Positions 60,493 to 64,000 of a stretch of DNA of 64,000 nt are shown one piece after another. Position 1 is the stretch's first letter; each line of letters starts with the position of its first letter. The notes under the pieces were generated by a model. The model did not search any database and was not told the DNA's origin. It saw only the letters and a program-made list of their open reading frames with translations. The translations under genes were made by a program, and so were the position numbers. The stretch is from an uncultured delta proteobacterium (lineage in GTDB: Bacteria; Desulfobacterota; RBG-13-43-22): assembly GCA_963743305.1 (NCBI GenBank), contig CAVUPH010000037.1, positions 1 to 64,000 on the forward strand, given 5' to 3'.

Positions 60493-61884
60493 ATGACATT
60501 AGATATTAAAAGAAATCACGACCGGATTAAGATAAAAATAACCGAAGAATCGGTTATTTTTATCAGTATATTGAAATGGTTTATCCTGTCCACGGCCATC
60601 GGGGCGATCGTTGGTCTTGCCACCGCCTTCTTTTTAAAGGTCTTGGAATGGACAACCATTTGGACCCATACCTTGCCTTATTATTTTCTTTTCCTGCCGA
60701 TCGCCTTTTTTTTAAGTGCCTTAATGATTAAATATCTGGCTCCGGGGGCCGAGGGGCACGGGACCGAAAAGGTTATCGAAGCCGTTCATAAACAATCCGG
60801 AAGAATTAAACCGATGGTCGTTCCCATAAAACTGTTGGCCACGGTCATCACCATAGCCTTCGGGGGATCGGCTGGAAAAGAAGGCCCTTGTGCGCAGATA
60901 GGCGCGGGCCTGGCCTCTATCTTTGCCTCTCTGTTTCGTTTTGATGATTTTGACCGGAAAAAGCTGGTCATCTGCGGGATCAGCGCCGGTTTCGCCAGTG
61001 TCTTCGGGACCCCTATAGCTGGGGCCATTTTCGGGGTTGAGGTACTTATGGTAGGTAGTGTCCTTTATGAAGTTCTCTTCCCTTGTTTTATAGCCGGCGT
61101 CACCTCATATCAGGTTTCATCGGCCATCGGGATTACCTACTATTATCATCCCATGCATTTGATCTCGGTTTTTAAGGAATTATTTTTCATCAAGGTTGCC
61201 TTGGCCGGTATTTTTTTCGGGATCGTTTCCTTTCTTTTAGTTGAATTACTGAAGTTGGGTAAAAAAATGGCGGATCGCCTGCCGATCTGGCCTCCTCTTA
61301 AGGGGATAATTGGGGGTCTTCTTTTGGTCGGTCTGACCTTGGCAATTTCAGACCACTATTTGGGGCTGGGATTGTCCACCATTGAGGCCTCCCTTCAAGG
61401 CCTCAAGATGGTCTGGTCTGCCTTCCTCTTGAAAATTATTTTTACCAGTTTAACCCTTAATTTTGGAGGTAGCGGAGGAATCGTTACTCCCATCTTTTTC
61501 ATTGGGGTGACCTCCGGAAGTTTTTTTGCCCAAATCTGGGGCTTGGATATAGCCACTTTTTCAGCCATCGGGATGGTGGCTCTGTTAGCCGGGGCGGCCA
61601 ATACACCTATCGCCGCCAGCATCATGGCCGTGGAACTTTTTGGTCCCCAAATCGCCCCCTATGCGTCCGTGGCCTGCGTCATCAGCTACCTGATGACCGG
61701 ACACCGCAGCGTTTATCCCTCTCAAATTTTGTCGGTTACCAAATCACCTTCTTTTGAGTTAGAGATCGGCGACGATATAGATAGCACCCATGTCCACTAT
61801 AAACCAAGAAAGAAAAGCCTGATCGGGGCTTGTCTGCTGGTCTTTGAATCCCTAAAAAGCGGCATAAAGCGGAAAAAGCGATAG
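60493..61884 (+). CDS. ClC-family chloride channel/antiporter
   Basis: GHGTEKVI, GGSAGKEGP, FGTPIAGAIF, GGIVTP, ANTPIA. Confidence 0.88.
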   Translation: MTLDIKRNHDRIKIKITEESVIFISILKWFILSTAIGAIVGLATAFFLKVLEWTTIWTHTLPYYFLFLPIAFFLSALMIKYLAPGAEGHGTEKVIEAVHKQSGRIKPMVVPIKLLATVITIAFGGSAGKEGPCAQIGAGLASIFASLFRFDDFDRKKLVICGISAGFASVFGTPIAGAIFGVEVLMVGSVLYEVLFPCFIAGVTSYQVSSAIGITYYYHPMHLISVFKELFFIKVALAGIFFGIVSFLLVELLKLGKKMADRLPIWPPLKGIIGGLLLVGLTLAISDHYLGLGLSTIEASLQGLKMVWSAFLLKIIFTSLTLNFGGSGGIVTPIFFIGVTSGSFFAQIWGLDIATFSAIGMVALLAGAANTPIAASIMAVELFGPQIAPYASVACVISYLMTGHRSVYPSQILSVTKSPSFELEIGDDIDSTHVHYKPRKKSLIGACLLVFESLKSGIKRKKR

Positions 61885-61921
61885 CACCGGGAAATTTTAA
61901 TCAAGTGAAAGGAAACAGGTT

Positions 61922-62092
61922 ATGAAGTCTTTGGAGGTGGTCTTCAAGATTTTTCTCTGTATGTTTACGGTATTTTTATTCAAAAGAGTTGCCCTGGCCG
62001 GTTATGGAGATTTTGGGGGTTGGGGAATGGTACCGGGAATGATGCTTCCCGGCTGGGGAGGACGGAAAGGCTATGGGTGTGGACGCAACTGA
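61922..62092 (+). CDS. Small exported Gly/Met-rich peptide (56 aa), possibly a truncated remnant
   Basis: MKSLEVVFKIFLCMFTVFLFKRVALA-GYGDFGGWGMVPGMMLPGWGG...; AAGGA upstream. Confidence 0.4.
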   Translation: MKSLEVVFKIFLCMFTVFLFKRVALAGYGDFGGWGMVPGMMLPGWGGRKGYGCGRN

Positions 62093-62157
62093 TCAAGTTC
62101 CTGGAACCTAACAAGAGCTATATCTTTCAGTCCAGAAAAGAATGAAGAAAAAGAGCA

Positions 62158-63171
62158 GTGGGAAGAAAAGGGAAAACCTTTAAGATAAGCCTGGTGCTTG
62201 GGGTGATCCTTATCATCAGTCTGCTCCATTACCTAACTCAACGACAGGAAAGATATTATCATCTCTTTTATCGAGAACTCTATTTCCTTCCCGTGATCCT
62301 GGCCGGAATTTGGTTCGGTCTGCGAGGTTCAGTCCTTACTTCGTTGTGCATAACTGCATTATATCTCCCGGTAGTATTCAATGAATGGCAGGGGTTTTCA
62401 GTAAACGATTTCAGTCGAATATTGGAAATTCTTCTTTTAAATATTATTTCCATTATTTTAGGATTTCTTTCGGACAGGGAGAAGACAGTTCTGAAAACCT
62501 TGCAGGAGGCTGAAACTCTGGCGGCCCTGGGAGGCGCCATTTCCAGTATCGTCCATGACATGAAAATACCGCTGGTAGCCATCGGGGGCTATGCCCGATC
62601 CATGAAGCGGAAACTTAAGGAAGAGGACCCCAATCATGAAAAATTGGATACCATTGTCAAGGAGACCCACAGGCTGGAAGAGTTGACCCAAGACATATTG
62701 GCTTATGCCCGGCCGATTCCTTCGAATCAAGGTCCCGGTGATTTAAATAAAATGGTCATAGAATGTTGCCGGATCGCCAATGAAATGGCCGAACAAAGAG
62801 GGGTGAACATAGAAATTCATCCGTCTCCATCGCTTCCAACCATAAATTTTGACCCGGCAGCCATGGAAAGGGCTTTCTTAAACCTGATTAGTAATGCCGT
62901 CCAAGCCTCTCCCGAAGGGGGGGTGGTGATGGTCGGGACTATTATGGAAGGGAGAGAGGCAGTCATCACCATAGCCGATGACGGTCCGGGAATCCCTCTT
63001 GAGATCAGGGAAGAAATATTTTCTCCTTTCTTTACCACTAAAAAGGAGGGAACGGGCCTGGGCCTACCCATTGTTTTGAAGATCGTCAAAGCCCACAGTG
63101 GAAGAATTACGTTAACTGGCAACGGTGAAAAAGGGATGGTATTTAAGGTTTCCTTACCTGCGGGGAAATAA
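62158..63171 (+). CDS. Membrane sensor histidine kinase
   Basis: N-terminal TM domain, HDMKIPL H-box, NLISNA, DDGPG, FFTTK..GTGLGL. Confidence 0.9.
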   Translation: MGRKGKTFKISLVLGVILIISLLHYLTQRQERYYHLFYRELYFLPVILAGIWFGLRGSVLTSLCITALYLPVVFNEWQGFSVNDFSRILEILLLNIISIILGFLSDREKTVLKTLQEAETLAALGGAISSIVHDMKIPLVAIGGYARSMKRKLKEEDPNHEKLDTIVKETHRLEELTQDILAYARPIPSNQGPGDLNKMVIECCRIANEMAEQRGVNIEIHPSPSLPTINFDPAAMERAFLNLISNAVQASPEGGVVMVGTIMEGREAVITIADDGPGIPLEIREEIFSPFFTTKKEGTGLGLPIVLKIVKAHSGRITLTGNGEKGMVFKVSLPAGK

Positions 63172-63182
63172 AATAACGGTTG

Positions 63183-63363
63183 TTCGCCCTTTTCGGTGGG
63201 TGGCCACAATATATGGTCTATTAGTCTGAAATCGGATCTCCGTGGCCTCCGGGTCTCGGCGAAAGGGTTTTCCCTATTGCTTTTTAGGTTCTAACCCGGC
63301 CCCCAGGTTTCCAAATTTTCCAGGAGGCAGGGCCGGCCTCGGAGGTGTCAACAGACTCTGAGT
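63183..63363 (-). repeat. Family A element, full-length copy
   Basis: Reverse complement aligns with 11303-11470 (ggccctgcctcctggaa...ggggccgggttagaacctaaaaag...ccctttcgccgagacccgg...aaaagggcgaa). Confidence 0.85.
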
Positions 63364-63424
63364 GTGGGCCTGCTTTAAATAAAATTAGTAACTTAGGCCC
63401 GGATTCGAAGTCCGGAGCACCTGT

Positions 63425-63491
63425 GGAAAGCCCTTTCGCCGAGACCCGGAGGCCATACCAGATATAAGGGGTACCCACCCAAAAGGGCGAA
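63425..63491 (+). repeat. Family A element, core copy, divergent from the adjacent copy
   Basis: ggaaagccctttcgccgagacccggaggcca..ccagatat..cacccaaaagggcgaa. Confidence 0.85.
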
Positions 63492-63825
63492 GCGTCAAAA
63501 TAACTTTTGACCATGCGCTGCCGGAGTTACTACGGATGGGGTGGAATGGAGGCTCATTCCCCGGAAAAGGGAGAACAATTTCAAGCCGGCTAAAGAACGA
63601 CCGACTTTGCCCCCAAAAAGGGAAAATGAATCTCAATTTACATGTCTTTTTGTGAAAAAATACAGTGAATTCGTTATTTATCTTTGGTCCATTTTCAACA
63701 AGAATATGCTTATGAAAGCATGAAGATCATGGTTTTTTTTCAAAAGACTTTAAGCTGTTATGATCAAATCCTATTCCACTGAATATTTTATGAACTTTTT
63801 ACAGGGCGATCAGAAAGAAAATGTC

Positions 63826-64000
63826 ATGCCGACGACCTTAAAATCCAAGAGTATAGATGAATTACTGGCGGAGGCCGATGAACTTGTCCAGAAATATAAT
63901 TCCGAATTCCTCGAAGACCTGAAAGGGGAGCTTCGCCTCCAGTTTGAAAAACATGCTCAAAAATTGCAGGAAATCAAGTCTGAAATTCAGGCCAAGACCG
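63826..64000 (+). CDS. Hypothetical helical protein, truncated by the window end
   Basis: MPTTLKSKSIDELLAEADELVQKYNSEFLEDLKGELRLQFEKHAQKLQEIKSEIQAKT; in-frame ATG also at 63790. Confidence 0.6.
   Translation, partial: MPTTLKSKSIDELLAEADELVQKYNSEFLEDLKGELRLQFEKHAQKLQEIKSEIQAKT

Noticed and set aside
1-64000. tRNA/rRNA genes, transposases, prophage, reverse transcriptase/DGR
   Set aside because: None recognisable by eye. A tRNAscan/Infernal run would be needed to fully exclude small RNAs.

Overview
Bacterial chromosomal window, most likely a diderm Desulfobacterota/'Deltaproteobacteria' MAG (inferred from gene content and order: lpxI instead of lpxH, BamA with an N-terminal extension, DUF4416-yicC-remA-gmk). 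About 1-47 kb is a long, mostly + strand envelope supercluster. It holds lysS, lolE/D, bamA, skp, lpxD-fabZ-lpxA-lpxI-(gnnA-like)-lpxB-msbA, a 5-gene lipid A modification-like module, lptF, lpxK, many GT9/GT4/GT2 enzymes and deacetylases, hldA, an O-antigen ligase and ugd, followed by yicC-remA-gmk-rlmB. About 47-64 kb is accessory: a ~1850-aa secreted beta-helix protein, a MarR-linked redox operon (rhodanese, 7-heme cytochrome c, Rieske, cytochrome b, PCYCGC-like protein), a ClC channel and an orphan histidine kinase. Many genes carry single-base frameshifts that look like long-read errors. Highlights: (1) the rhodanese reads through two in-frame UGA codons (Y-U-A-U) followed by a SECIS-like hairpin, i.e. 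a probable double-selenocysteine protein heading a cytochrome bc-like operon; (2) two unrelated secreted proteins share a C-terminal YLP-h-h-L-K motif and similar hairpin+terminator upstream regions; (3) intergenic spaces carry several families of palindromic elements, some nested or arrayed with variable cargo; (4) a FemAB/GNAT + GT2 + DUF2304 + deacetylase + ArnT-like module sits inside the lipid A operon.
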